DNA from: Phoronis australis
Lineage: Eukaryota; Animalia; Phoronida
Assembly: GCA_002633005.1 (NCBI GenBank)
Contig: NMRA01000086.1
Location: 62,001 to 126,000, forward strand
DNA length: 64,000 bases
Reading direction: 5' to 3'
This document shows, piece after piece, positions 39,401 through 54,400 of this stretch; position 1 is the stretch's first letter, and each line of letters starts with the position of its first letter. The translations under genes were made by a program, and so were the position numbers. Below the pieces are notes generated by a model. That model was not told the DNA's origin. It did no database searches and worked only from the letters and a program-made list of their open reading frames with translations.

Positions 39401-42400
39401 CTGTAATGTCAGCTGGTTGCTCTGAAAGCCTGGTTTCTTTTAAAGCCACAATTGAATAACTCAAGTTTGCATTGTCGAATCTAGCTGTGGGCACTTTCTG
39501 TCAGGTGCTCAGTCCATAATTTAATACTGTAATTAGAGGTGCTTCATTAAAAAAGCTCTGATGTGTATTCTAGACAAAAAAAAATAAGTATTGTAATCAT
39601 GGTGCTTTGTATGACTTTAGTAATTCTATTACCAGTAGCCATAGTTATTTCATAAGGTTTTAATTCCCATATTGTTCTTTTTTCTTTTTTACAGCTCTTC
39701 ACTTGATTTCAAACACATTACGACTTCAGCAGGTTGTCCAGGGTCTCAACAGAGGTCACTGTGACAGACAAGTGGCCAACCCCCTTCCAGCTGGGCTGCT
39801 CTTTGACCCAAGGTCAAAGGCCATGGTGCTTAATGGCAAACCAGGTCACCTCCAGTTCTACTCAATGTACTCTGACAGACAGCTGTATAATGTGAGTGAG
39901 AACACGGTTTATTTTAACGTAGCTTCAATGAAGGAAACATCCCTCCGCTAACAAAACAAGTCCACTGGAAAAACTGTCAGTGTCTCCTATCACTGTATAG
40001 AAAAACATGTTTGAGTGACTAGAAAGGTGTCACTTTAATTATGATGTAAACAATATCATAAACTGCAGACATTTCTGCCAGCAGGGTGCGCTATGCTATA
40101 ACTTCATCCTTGTTCGTATCCCATTTAATTGTAGATAGTCGAGTGTTGTTTTGGTTTATGTTTTGATCCGCAGCCTCCTTATTGGGATGTATGTTATTGT
40201 TGTATCATCGTCAGCTCATAAACATCTGGTGACATCGCAGATAACTTGGCGACATGTAAACAATGTGTTACCTTCTACTGGTTGTCGTAGAAATGCAAAC
40301 ATTGTTTTTGCCTTAAGTTTGAAACAAAACATCATATTTTTGTAATTATTGTATTTACTCAACCATAAATCTGATGATTATTGTGTTGTTTTCTTACTTT
40401 GTCTATTGATTTTGACATCAATATGTAATGGACAATTTTTGTCCTGTGACCACATACCGTGAAGTTATTCCGGCACCCTTATATGAATTGTGGAATTTGT
40501 CTTCTAGCTTGACATTGTGCAACAGAATTACATATCTGCCGAGAATATAAAGCGCCCCCTGGTGTTTACGGAGGTGGAGTGTGCAGCCTTCTCTGAGGAT
40601 GGCACATGGTTAGCCACAGTGGAGAGACGGGATGATGGATTGACCTCTGTGGAGTCCAAACTGAAATTCTGGCTTTTTGATTCGACTTCTCAAGCGTAAG
40701 AGTTTTTCTCATTACATGTTTTTGATGAGTTGTCATTGTAACCTCTAGTCACTGCTTTTTCCACAGAGGTGATAGTGGTATTGTGAACGGAATTGTGTGA
40801 AATAATTCAGAAGTAATGCTACGATACGGTAAGAACAGGCACGTGGTCTGAGCGACCAGCTGTCACTGATATTTAATGCCAGTGTAAAGTACCTGTTTGG
40901 GAATGCCTGTGTTAAGTTAAAACATACAGTCAGTGTGAAATGGTCTGGAAATGACGCAGAAGTGTTCTGAATCTTAATATGAATGTTTCGTAGAATGTAT
41001 TACTGCTATTCATATGTCGATGAATTGATTGAACAGTTCTGTGCTGTGTGAAATTGTTTGCTTAGGGTATGTTCTCATGTTAGTCAATGTTTCTTTCCAA
41101 TGGTGGGCCTGTCATCTGGCAATTTAAACTGTAATGGACTGGATCAATCTGAAGAGAGAGATTTTTATAGTGTTAGTTTTGACTGAGGGGCATCTGTCAA
41201 AGAAACTGTAAACCATGGCAATTGACTGCAATGGTTCTGACTGTATGCAAAATGTTCTGTAGCTGTGGTTATCAGTTTACGTGGAGTTATCTGCTCTTGT
41301 TGCCATGGTTTCCAGGTACACTCTCAACACCAATGTGGACATGCCTCATGCTGACAAGGTCAACTCAATCAAGTTTAGACCAATCAACAGTGAGCTGCCA
41401 GACGAGCCCCTGATGGCAGTGACATCTGGTGGTGATGGCAAATTCAAGCTGTGGACAGTGGTGGATGACACAGATATTTACAGTACGCTCATTGAAAACT
41501 TCATGTAGATCTTGTGTTGACCACGTTTGCCTTACTGAGCACATACAGTGTAGATAATTACGACCATTCTTATTTAGCACACAGTATGGCTGACAAGTGA
41601 AACTCTGTTTTGTCAAATTTCACCACAAAAAGAAAATTTAGTTTATTACTTGCATGGTTTGTGTGTTGATGTAATACAGTTACATTTAGTAAAGATTATT
41701 TGTAACAGAGTATAGGCCTTTGAAAGATGGAAAAATACTATTTTGAAGATTATTTCTGTGCGATTGAAGAATTACTTTAGTCTGTCATTCCATAAGCTCA
41801 TTGTGCCAGTCAGCATTTGTGACCAATTTCACCTTTGAACCTGTGGATTTAACTGTTTTAATCGTCTCTCATCAATTTGCACCGTGTTTAGTTAAAAATT
41901 AATGTCTGGTTAGCATAATACTAAAACCTGATTAGATTAAGGACACTTACAATCAGCCAGCTGACAGTGAATGAAGTTAACATTTGAGTTAGTGAAGGAC
42001 CAGGTTTTGACAAGTTCTCTGACTTATGCCATAATTAACGTATAACAGCTGGCCATGATTTTCCAAACTCAATTGTCTGTAACTGGACTTTATTCCAGGG
42101 TCAAACCAGTGCTGGTCCTGTGACTCAGTAGGCTATTATCGTGACAAACCTGCAGGGTGTGCTGCGTTCTCAGAGGACGGGTCTATTCTGGCAGTCGTCT
42201 TTGGCTCCGTTGTCACACTGTGGGACCCAGACAGTAATGCTCTGAAGACTACACTCCGTCACCACCCTGAGGATGTCAAGTAAGTTTGAATGGCTGTTTA
42301 TTGTTTGAATTAAACCAAGAAGGGAGATCTCTCTACTTCATTGAAAAATGCATGGTGATCAAAATTTTCTTATGTATTCTTTATCCCAATCAGAATATAC

Positions 42401-45400
42401 TAGAGGCAGTTGGTGATGTAAGGTCTCTTGCTGTCTTAAGCGGTTGTTTAGGCAACAGTCTGCCATATAGTGAAGAAGAAGTAAAAATGCTCTGGTATAT
42501 TTAGTGCCTCATCCATGGAAGGAACTGTCCCTCTCTAATCCATCTTATCATCCTGTCCTGACGCTGTGTTGACAGATTCTCAGAGTGCAACCCCATAGTT
42601 TTTAAGCGCTCACAAACACTTGTGTCATGAGTGAACTTTGACATTTTGCTGCTTTTCATTGTATGCAACACCAACAAAATATTGTTTCTGTGACATCAGT
42701 TGCGGATTAATATTGTGAAATTGTTCTTATTAACTTGGTAACAAATGTGCATAGGGTGACTAAAAGATGCATAAAGTTATCGTTCTACACGCATCTTGTG
42801 TTTATTATTGGTAAATGTTTGTCTAGGTTCATCCATCAATTCCTTATTTCAGATTGGCAGTGTTTGGTTGTAACGTGTGTTCACACATTCTTGTAACATC
42901 CAGCTCAGATCACTTGACGGCCTGGAATCTCCTGTCTTGTTCAGGTATTGAGAAATTTGGGATTCGCTATGTGGAGCAAGTGAATGGTCCTACCTGTATA
43001 AATGCGTGTATTCAGGTAGTCATGTGGAACCTTTATAAAATAAATATTCCTATGTTGGCAAACATTAGCTGTTCTTGATCTATTCAGACACCAATAAGAT
43101 TATCCTCAGACCAAATAATTTGGATTCAAACAATCATGAAATTCTGTTTGGAAGTCAGTATTTTTTAACGTCTACAAGGAAACTGTGGAGACCAGTTTTA
43201 TAAGGATTTGTAGTCCAAATCAAAAGTCCTTTTTGGTTTTGAACAGGAAGTGGGTTTATGGTAGTTTCAAGTTGTGCCAATGCAGGCTATTTTGGTCCAC
43301 CTTGAAGTTGGAATGAATAGATGAGTGCTATAAATGTTTGACTTTCATTTCAGTAATGTGGAGTCTTTCACTGAATGTTGAAGTTTTGGTTGTGGATAAC
43401 ATCACAAGTCATTTAGCTGTGTTCACTACTGACTTAGAATGTAAGTATATACAAGCATTACTAGGAACAGCCTTCCATGTGTGAGGTGAGGAATAAACCA
43501 TCATTGATGATTTTTGAAACAAGGTCATTTTGTATTGTATGTTGTTAATAGTGTTACTTCCTGTTCTAGAATCCCACTATGAGCTGTAAAACGATCATTA
43601 GTCACCTTTACAGACTGTGAATTTCTGTATAAGCAGTAAATTTCTGCCACATACTTTCTCAGTATAATGTGATTGCTGGCAATCATTAAACTGGTGTAAT
43701 TTTAAGTCTAGAGATACTGTACAAGACGAGCATTTGGCATATTATTGCTGAATAATGTCAGTTTTATGCATTGTTGAATGCAGTTTAATGTGATATAGAG
43801 TGTGTATGACGCGAAAGTGTTTGTAATTGTGATCATTGTAATTGTACAACAAACAGCAAAATGTATCAACACGAGTGTATCTGAGCTCAGGGGACTGAAA
43901 CTTGCTTAAAAAAGCCTCGAGCACTGAGTGTCTGTAGACAATATTACTAATAATGTATCATTTGGGAAGAACTGGATGGTATGCCTTAAACACTCTCTCC
44001 CTAGACTTGATCAACATGCAAACCTTTTGTTTTGTTGTAATCTAAGAGTGGTGTGTTTGCAATTTTATCAAAATTTATGATGGTGCTGAGAATGTTTTTT
44101 GTTGATAGTGGCTATTTGTGCACTTAAATCTGTAAGCAAATTTGATATTTTTCTGTTGTGTGCCGAAGCTCACATTGCGCTGAATATATAATTCTTTTTT
44201 TTGCTTTCCATGAATTAGAAAATGTCATTAAAAATCAATTGAATGTTCTTCATGTATTGAACTGTCTTTTCTTTCAACTTCTGTATGGTTATTTTTTCGC
44301 AGTAATCGTGTATTCACCTTCAAGCCCCGACGCATTCTACAAGCAGTCATTCATCTCCCAGAAACCTGTCATTGCGGCTATTTTCATCCCTCATGAGGCC
44401 CCAGTGAGCAGAGATAAGTCAGATCCCCTGGCCTGGCAGTCTGACTCACAGCTATACTACATGAATAACCGTCAACAACTGCTAACTATCACAAGAGAGG
44501 AGGAACTGGCCAACTATGATCCAGTGAGTTGGCAGTTGTCATTTTGTTCTCAAAGGCCTGTTTGGTGAATATGCTACAGTTCTGTCAAAACATTTTGATG
44601 AACAAGTTTTTACTTCAGGAATCATATCTTGCGTTTTGAAGTCGGTATCCATCAGTTTTGATAGTTATGCAAATTTCTAAAACTTCACACTGATTTCTTC
44701 ACCATTCACATGCATCAGTTGCATCACTGTGTTATTTCATGAATAATTTCTTCAAAATTGCCTCAGTCTGTATTTAGCTTGGCTCCTGGTCATATGGACA
44801 CATTGCCTTTTTAAAATGTGTTGTTTTGTCTTAAATGGTTAAGAGGCAGAGGTACTTGTTTTTTTTTCTGGACAGAAATTATAATATCGATTGTATAATC
44901 ACTGCATAATAATAGTTGGTGGCTATAAAGAGTTAAAAAACAGCGAGGAGAAATATTCGACAAGCCTTGACAATATTGTAAGTTTAAAATGCTCAAAAAA
45001 TTAAGATGCTATATTGTGCTGCCATGCCAGGAATTAGACTTCTTGCTTTGTATCTAATGGTGGTATATGTTGATGACTTACATTGGTTTGTGTTGACTTG
45101 TTTTTGAGCATTATTTGTTTTACCTGTTACCGCTATTGTTGACTGGAAGCCATTTTTTCAGATTTCTGTGGAACAACATTTGCCACAGACACCTTTTTCC
45201 CTCCTGCTGACCAAAAAGCAAAAATTGATTGTTGGAAACGACACGGATAAAGATGAACAAATTGGCCGACCAGGGTCTGCGGCAGTTAGTAAGGTAAAGA
45301 TTGGGCAACTTATTAACAGCTTCTCAAATTATCGCGTTATGGTTTTGGTAGGAGCCTAGAAAAATGTCTAAATTTGACTGACTTGGGAGCATCATATCCT

Positions 45401-48400
45401 AGAAATGAATGATCGGATTTTCATGAAACTATCACATACTACTTAATATGTTCCACTTTTGCACGAGGTGTTATAAATATAAAACTTTCACAATTTTTTG
45501 AAAAAAAACAAAAGTTACATAACATTAAAATAAAATGATAATTTAGAGATTTCATTTTGAACATTGACATCAAATGAAATTAGATCATGTTTATGTTATA
45601 TTTTTGCAATGAATGAACTTTCCTTTTGTCCTAAATTTTACTGAAAAGATATGGAGGTCGGTGTATTGTTTAAAATTGAATTCTACAGGATTTCTACTTT
45701 CATAAAATATAGTTATACTGTTACTGAGTTAACATTCACAGTTTTATTGGCATTTGTTAAAACTCACAAACTTGCCATTAAGGTCCTGCATAACCTCTGA
45801 ATTCTTGTAGACTCGGGCTGCTTGAAACTGAGCAACCTTATTGGGTCACACGCTAAGCCATTCCAGTGACATATATGGTATTAGGTTACGAAGGTCAAAT
45901 ATTTTCTCATTTTGGGTCAAGTTCCTGTTTTTAGGGTCAAGATCCCTCTCTGTGTCTGCTATTCTTTTGACAAGGTGATATGTGTGTGTGTGTGTGTGTG
46001 TGCGCGTTCGTGTGTGTCTGTGTGTGCCTGTGTGTCTGTTTCTGTGCCATGCATTGATGCCTCACAGATTTACCCATGCTGAACATATGTGGGGATATCT
46101 TCGCTAAACTTGTTTTGAGAACCTTTTGTTTTATAGCCAGCAGATCAAAGGTCAAGGTCACATAGACATCACCCTCGGATAATTGTGTCTGTTTATAAAT
46201 TATAAGATGATTGAGGTCTTAGTGCAAAGGTTACGTCCATTGATTTTGAGGTGCGCAGGTTAAATTTCAACGTCGCATTGTCTTTTGCTATGTGTTATGG
46301 GAGTTGAGTCTGAGCAGCAGATGACCCTATCGGTTTTGAGATTGGCAAGTCAGTTACTAGAGCTGTTTGGTATGAGCAAACATGTGTAGAGTTGTTTGAC
46401 ATGAGCAAACACATAGTTATAAACTTGTGGTCATTCTGTTTGTGTACTCACCGTGCAAGGCTTCTGTCCGATCTAAACCATTTCTAAGTCTATGTTATTA
46501 CGGACGGTTATGAAGAAACCGTCTGACCTGCAACTCTTTAGTGTAGCAAAGCACTACGAGTCTGTGTTTCCTTCTGTACTTGTAGAAAAAATTCTCAGTG
46601 CTTTTTTGTAATTTTTTGTTACTCATGGACCAAGGCTTTCAGTGTGGTGAGATAAACTGAATTTGTCTTGCTTAATACTACGTAACATTACAAGGACTGG
46701 CAAAGACAGTATCACTTCTAATCATATTAAAGCAATTTGTGAATATTGTTACAATTACATTATTGTCGATACACTGATTTTGTGGATGGTCCCTGACAAT
46801 GCAGTGTTTATACAAGTTGCCCTGTATATTGAGAGTGGGTGCCTATGTGTTTCGAGTCGATACACAAGACGTCACTTGTTAATCTCTGTATTTGAAGATA
46901 CTCTGTTGACTTATGTTGCTCATGCCAGTTCAGTTTCTATCTTAAGGTCTTTGCTGTGTGGTTTAAGTCGATATCTCACATATGTATGGTAGGAGTGTGT
47001 TGCACCCCAGGTCGTTCCATTTGTAATCATGTGACAGTCCATCCAACACCACACAATCATGAGCTGTATTCCAACTTGGCTCACCTGAAATAGCGATGTC
47101 GAAACTCCATTGCTACATGGTATATGAAATGGTTGCCTTGGTGACTAGCCATTTTTACCTTTTTGGATGTGCAATTTAATCCTAAATTGATTTTAGATAT
47201 GCTATTTGATGTGATTGAAAAAATGATTCTAGATTTTTAGGTTTTTAATAGACCATTTACATATCTAGCTCAAGGTAAAGTTCATGTTTAAGTTATTGAG
47301 GTATATTATGAAACGAATCATAAAACCAGATTTTTATCACCTCTCTTTTGGGCATAAAGCATGAATTAAAATTGAGTTCAATTCGTTTCTCCATCCCTAA
47401 CAAAAAATTTAATTTATTGCACAACTCGAAACATTTCTTTTATACAATTTGGTGAAAGGATTATTTTTTCCCAACTGTGTACGAAATATTTTTTTCTATA
47501 AGAGTGAGTGTGCTCCAGTTATGAAAACCAAAACTAAAATATTTGCCCTCACAGCTATCCGTTTCAGAGGAGTGATGGACAGGCAAGGGCAATCAAATCC
47601 TATTTAAAGAACGGCCTTGTTGATCAGAGTTAAACAAACCTTTACTGGGGGCATTACTGATCATGAGTTTGAACTTGGCAGTTTGAAAATTTGAAATGGA
47701 CTTTCAGCAAATGTGATGGCCTTTTCTGTAAGATTGAACTTGGGACTTAAGGATTGCATGCTAACCACTCTGCTGCCTGTACTGATCAGAGATGCATTCT
47801 GTTCACGCTAGTGTAATGTGAAGTTGCCATAAGCGACAATGCATAATTGCCTGGTCATCAAATGGGAAGTGAGCGCTCACCAAAACTAGGAACTACGATA
47901 CCCTGTATTGGGGCGGGGGGGGGGGGGGGGGNGTGCCAAAGCCCTGGCCTACACAGGCGACAGGTGCTTGGAAACAGGCAAAAATGATAATAAGGACTTC
48001 TGAATCTAAAAGGTAGGGCAAGTGTACAAGGGCAAGTCGCTGGAACATGAGCATATTTTTGTCGTTTAGTCAATCGGCACATTAGATTTGCACCAGTTGC
48101 TTGGGTGATTGTCAAACTTCTCCTCAGGCCCAGTATCCCACTCCGGCTTGCCTTCTACCTAGAGAGAAAACAATCAGAACCAGGATCTGCATGAGTCTTG
48201 ATCACAACCTTCCATTTTTTGCTGAACATTTCTGACTCATGTCTATTTACTTATTGTATTGTGACTACTTTGTGGTTACTTAGGGAATTTTTACCAGGTT
48301 GCCAAATAAAATTTGAAGTGGAATTGACAAACTGCAAGTCGCTGAATTAAGCCCTGGAATGGCTAGTATTCCTTGAGTAAGCTTTACACCTTACTAGGGT

Positions 48401-51400
48401 TTTGGCTGGCACCAAAGTGACTGAATGGCCAGGCTGGAAATTCATTAACTGGAGAATAGTCATTATTTCCTTTCCATTAACCTAGATTCCTTTCTGCAAT
48501 TGACTATAGCAGTACAGAATGCACCCCTGGTCTTATATGCATTTTTAGGTTATTTCTGAACCTCATCATTTTCCTAAGTTTCATCGTGTTCTTATTGTGT
48601 TCGAAGGGAATTCAAGATTTTTTAACAAGAGGAGTTTGGGTTCATAATTATACACATAATTAGTTAGAACTAATTAGAGTTAATTAGATTATTTCTGTGA
48701 TCAGATACAACATGGCAAACCGGATTTGGTCCAGTTTGAAGTTGGCAACTTTTGGCCCCTTGACGTGTCTGGACATACCGCTTAAGGACATTCAATACAC
48801 TTTGACTTACCTGATCCCCAGTTAGTGTACTGCATCTTTTGCCCTGTTGACTGCCACCTCCAGTCATTTCCCTTGCTTCGGTCATTGCCACCTGTCCACA
48901 CCTGGCGAGGCCAACCACCTGCAATGGTGCTGAAGGCCAGATTCTTCAGAAAATTATTTTCTTGTTCATTTTCTATGGTAACAAGTTCCCCTCCATCCCT
49001 TTGGCAGTCGCTTAAGGCTTCCCACCAGACTTTGATTGTCAAATCGATTTTGTAGCTGGATTTGCCAAATTTGTGATTGTAGCCCTTTGGATGTGGTCTA
49101 GTCTTTGTCGTGGGCGGCAAAGCAGTTGTGGTGGTTAGAAGCCTCAGGTATTCTTGTGTTTTAAGGCAACATTGGTTTTGGTGTTGACTTGTGGTGAATA
49201 CTTTTTCCTTAATCTGGTTGATTACAGTCTTCGCTGCTGACATCTCAGTTGATACTGTCTTCATTTCATTTTGCGTTGTGATAAAGCCAGTATTGACAGA
49301 GTTCAAGTCGTTTGTCATGGATGACATGTCACTTCGAATTGCCTTTATATTGGTGTCCTGTGATGATACCTCAGTTTTCATCTTGTTCACATCCTCAGTC
49401 ATTGAAGATGTATTAGCTTGCAAGGCTTTTACTTTTCCTCCGAGGGATTTCAACTCCACTAGGACGGTTGCTATATCTTGTTTCATCAAGGAAGTCTCGG
49501 TCTGTACTGCCGACAGGTCTTTCCCCAAGATGTTCTCAATAGCAATGATTTGCGCCCTCTGCATGTTCACTTGCTCTGATACGAAATTTTGCAGTCCTTG
49601 AATTTGCATTTGAATTCTCATAAGATGTTTCTTTGTATCGTCATTAGCTGCTCCGCAATGCAAGACAAGTAGCAGCAGGAAAACCAGTGCGAGGTTTTTC
49701 TTCTCCATCTTGGATCTGGGTTATAATTTACTTTAAAGCTTCCCATCGGACAGGTGTCCATTTATAACCTTACTGGTTATCTTGAATTTGTTTGACTTTA
49801 ATTCAACATTAAAGCTATCAGTCTTTGGGAGATGTTATCAGCCAGTTGGTAGTTGAAATCTCAATAATTAAAACACAAAATGACTGACAAGTGAAATTTT
49901 ATTTTACCATTTTTCCGTGAATCATATGCAACATCAAATTAAGTGATTTTCCGTGTCCAGTTTTTATTACTTTTCAAAAAATTTTTGAAAAATTGTTGGA
50001 AACCATTCAAAATGAAATATGAGTATTTTTGGCAATTATCTTTGTCCGAATTTGACGAGATTTTACTGTACTACTGTCTCTCCAGTTCACAAGTCATTCT
50101 GACTCTCTGCTGTTATGTGATGTCTTGAATTTGCAGTTTCCCCGAGGGGCAATTTGTTAACTCTGAGACATTGCTGGACAGGGAAGAGAGAATGCCCTGC
50201 TTTGAGAACTATATGAAGAGATTAATAACAGGGAAATTATGCATTTCTGTTAACTTGATACCAACCTCCAATAGTAGCAGCTTTGTCACATCTTTGAAAT
50301 GTTCCTTAACAACAATTTTGTATTGGGAATTATACAAGCTGCAGACTGTATTTCCCTATATCTTACTATTTTCCTTTTATTAAGTTCTGATAAGGGTGCT
50401 AGTATTCCCTGAACAAATGACCCTTGAATTTTGCCTTTTTGCAATTTTTGGTCTCTAGTGTAAAACTTTCCGTCCATCATTCCACGTTAGTGGATTGTAC
50501 ATCAGTCTTGTTGATTTTAGGAGTACCATAGCTGGCAGAATTACGTAATCTTGTCCAGTGAAGATTTTCTGTAACTAGGTGGCATTATTAATATGTGTTT
50601 AATGACCAATGAGCAACTTTGGACATTGAATGGGCAGAGGTCAGAACTCCACCATTAGATAAAACTTGGATAGAAACCAGCTCTTGAATTTAATGCTCAT
50701 ATTTTGCTTTATTCACTATAGTAAAACATAGATTGCATGTAAATTTGTCTTGTTTTTTCTGTCAATGCATAACTTTCAGGTGACATTTTTTATGCGCCCA
50801 CATATTTATATTTGGACGCATTATGCCGTCATCTCTGTTTGTCCGTCCGTCCTGGCGGCGTCCATCCGGCGTCCGCTGCTTTATCTCCAAAACCCTTTGA
50901 CATACATTCATGAAATTTCGCACATATGTTCCATTCATGAATGGGACGGCATGTGCGAACTTTCGGACGGATCCGACTACCGGTGTGCCCCCTAGTGGCA
51001 ATTTTAGTTTTTTACGCTTACCTTTGTATCTTCAAAAGTCCTGAACGGATTTTCATGAAATTTGGTATGTAGGCACCTAGTAGTGAGATGACGCTATCCT
51101 GCCGTTTTCGGATGGATTCGACATAGTTTGCGCCACCTAGTGGCCATTTTTACTGTTTTCGAGTCTGTTTTTGTGCTTCCACCCCTCTATCAACCAAACC
51201 GCTCAAAGGATGATTGTGAAAATTGGCATGTATGTGCTTACTATGTAGAGGACGGTTGACGATGATTTTCCGACGATTTCGACTACTGTGGCGCCTCCTA
51301 GTGGCAGTTTTGTTTTTTTTGGCCTATGGCTGTATCTCCTAAACCGTTCGCAGGATCTTTACGAAATTGTGTAAGTATATTTATATGATGTTAACAACGA

Positions 51401-54400
51401 AAGATGACGACTTTTGGACGGATCCGACTACCGGTGTGCCCCCTAGTGGCAATTTTAATTTTTTTACGCTTACCTTTGTATCTTCACAAGTCCTTATTGG
51501 ATTTTCATGAAATTTGGTATGTAGGCACCTATTAGTGAGATGACGCTATCCTCCCGTTTTCAGATGGATTCGACATAGTTTGCGCCACCTAGTGGCCATT
51601 TTTAGTGTTTTCGAGTCTGTTTTTGTGCGTCCACCCCTCTATCAACCAAACCGCTCAAAGGATGATTGTGAAAATTGGCATGTATATGCTTACTATGTAG
51701 AGGACGGTTGACGATGATTTTCCGACGATTTCGACTACTGTGGCGCCTCCTAGTGGCAGTTTTGTTTTTTTGCGCCTATGGCTGTATCTCCTAAACCGTT
51801 CGCAGGATCTTTACAAATTGTGTAAGTATATTTATATGATGTTAACAACGGAAGATGACGACTTTTGGTCGGATCCGACTACCGGTGTGCCCCCTAGTGG
51901 CAATTTTAGTTTTTTTACGCTTACCTTTGTATCTTCACAAGTCCTTATTGGATTTTCATGAAATTTGGTATGTAGGCACCTATTAGTGAGATGACGCTAT
52001 CCTCCCGTTTTCAGATGGATTCGACATAGTTTGCGCCACCTAGTGGCCATTTTTAGTGTTTTCGAGTCTGTTTTTGTGCGTCCACCCCTCTATCAACCAA
52101 ACCGCTCAAAGGATGATTGTGAAAATTGGCATGTATATGCTTACTATGTAGAGGATGGTTGACGATGATTTTCCGACGATTTCGACTACTGTGGCGCCTC
52201 CTAGTGGCAGTTTTGTTTTTTTGCGCCTATGGCTGTATCTCCTAAACCGTTCGCAGGATCTTTACAAATTGTGTAAGTATATTTATATGATGTTAACAAC
52301 GGAAGATGACGACTTTTGGTCGGATCCGACTACCGGTGTGCCCCCTAGTGGCAATTTTAGTTTTTTACGCTTACCTTTGTATCTTCAAAAGTATTGAACG
52401 GATTTTCATGAAATTTGGTATGTAGGCACCTATTAGTGAGATGACGCTATCCTACTGTTTTCAGATGGATTCGACGTAGTTTGCGCCACCTAGTGGCCAT
52501 TTTTACTGTTTTCGAGTCTGTATTTTTGCGTCCACCCCTCTATCAACCAAACCGCTCAAAGGATGATTGTGAAAATTGGCGTGTATGTGCTTACTATAAG
52601 GAAGACAGCTGACAATGATTTTCAGACGATTTGGACTACTGTGGCGCCTCCTAGTGGCAGTTTTGTTTTTTTGCGCCCATGGCTGTATCTCCCAAACCGT
52701 TTGCAGGATCTTTACTAAATTTAGCAAGTGTATTTATGTGATGTTGACAACGGACGATGACGACTTTAGGATGATTCTGATTACCGGTATGCCTCTAGTG
52801 GCAATTTTAGTATTTGCCTCTAGTGGCAATTTTAGTATTTTACATTGACCTCTGTATTTTCATAGGTCTTCAGGTGTATACTTTGTGTTACTTCGTGACT
52901 ATGAAGGAAAAGTTCCAAGTAGAAATTTGTTTCTGGCATTCTAATGCTGTGCTAATCTCGTATGTTGGTAAATTTGTTTTTTAATTCTATGTTTCTGGGG
53001 TGCTTTAAGCAACTGGTGTATAGGATGTGCTTGTATTATGAAGATCACTCACATTTTGCCCCTAGGCTATTGAGGAGACAATGACCATGCCTTTCCATTT
53101 TGCAAAGTACAACATACTACATATATGCCCTCTACTGGCCACTTTATGGTACCAATAAAAAACCCTAGAAGATACTGTATGCAATGCAATTGTGGGCGCA
53201 TTTCAACGCTCTGCGTTGCTCTTGTTGTTAATGGCGTTGGTTTTGAAATAACATTGAAAACCATTTGTTTTATATCATTTGGGAAACTCATTGAAGGTTT
53301 AATTGCTGAGATGTTGAGAAACTGAGTCTCGTTTCTTCAGAATCACATTCGATCTTCCAAAGCAACACCACTACGTTCTCATCCTGAATTTGAATTGAAA
53401 TTGGTTCTAATAAAAGCTAAAACTAAATAGCAATGAATAGTTAACTTGTCCAACTTGAAACAGTGATGATGAACTGTCAGTTTTCAAGCCTAGAAATTAC
53501 TTGTAAAGTGAAAAAGGGAGAGAATGGGAACAATTTTATGGCACGGTCCGTGGCCTAAATCAAGATCAAAGACCTGTATTTATTGCACCTTTCATATTGG
53601 TTTATGCCATACTTTGAGGCACTACAATGCAGTTACAAGTCCATTGTCAATGGTCTCTTGGCATAACACAACATAATGGTCGTAAGTTACACCAGGGATT
53701 GGAATGACCAATGACTAAAGGACTTTTTCTAGGTTATGTGCCGTTCCATAAATAAATACGCTTGTGTGATAGAAATGTTCTTGTGTTGTAAAATTTAACT
53801 GAAGTAAACGCTATTGCATGAATGGAGTCAAAATAATGATAAAATAGAGATGAAAACAGAGGAAACTGGAAAAGTAAATATTAAGTGGAAATTGAAACCA
53901 AAAACAGGAAATCCTTTTAAAAGAGGAAAATTCCAAGCCCTGTTACAAGCCTATTGTCAATGGTTTCTTGGCATAACATAATAAACATAAGGGAATTTGC
54001 AGTGATCAGTACACTTTCGCTTATTTTGGACAGAAATAATTGAAAAATTTACCCATTTTTGTCTTTCAACATCCTTTGAAATTGCTGTGAATGCCCACAA
54101 CTTTTCAAAGTGTTTTCTCATGGTTGGTATAACATAGAACTTAAACACTAATTGTACCCTTCATCTTTCATGAAGTAATGAGAAAATAAAATTTCACTTT
54201 TCCGCCACATTTTGTCCTAAATTGGTGTGGAATCGCTGAATTGTTTGCATGTAGTTCTTTGATTGTTCACTACAGCTTAGGTTACTTGCCATAATGCCGT
54301 TATAAGCATGTTCATTAGAAGCAAAAATTAGAAGTGTTCCCATTGATTTTAGAATGCTAAAAATTTGGCTGTAATATTTTGTCCCAAGCAATCAAGAATC

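Noticed and set aside
34382-45161. Intronic snoRNAs in WDR75 (several TGATGA motifs)
   Set aside because: No C box with a properly spaced CTGA D box, terminal stem and rRNA complementarity could be supported by eye; needs snoscan/Infernal.
47720-47780. tRNA-like sequence on the - strand
   Set aside because: Only degraded A/B-box resemblance; at most a SINE remnant, not a tRNA gene.
47913-47933. Poly-G run with N (and poly-C with N at 2471-2491) as G-quadruplex elements
   Set aside because: Ambiguous bases indicate unreliable homopolymer sequence; likely transposon-associated tracts.
48782-48810. ORF-track C-terminus GKSKCIECP of lectin 1 (and ILVTSLL... of lectin 2 at 55199-55263)
   Set aside because: Read-through into introns; strong donors and downstream exons complete the CRDs.
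50965-52830. Regularly spaced repeats as a CRISPR array or coding repeat
   Set aside because: Whole 451-bp units repeat with no unique spacers; eukaryotic context, no cas genes; the short ORFs are repeat by-products.
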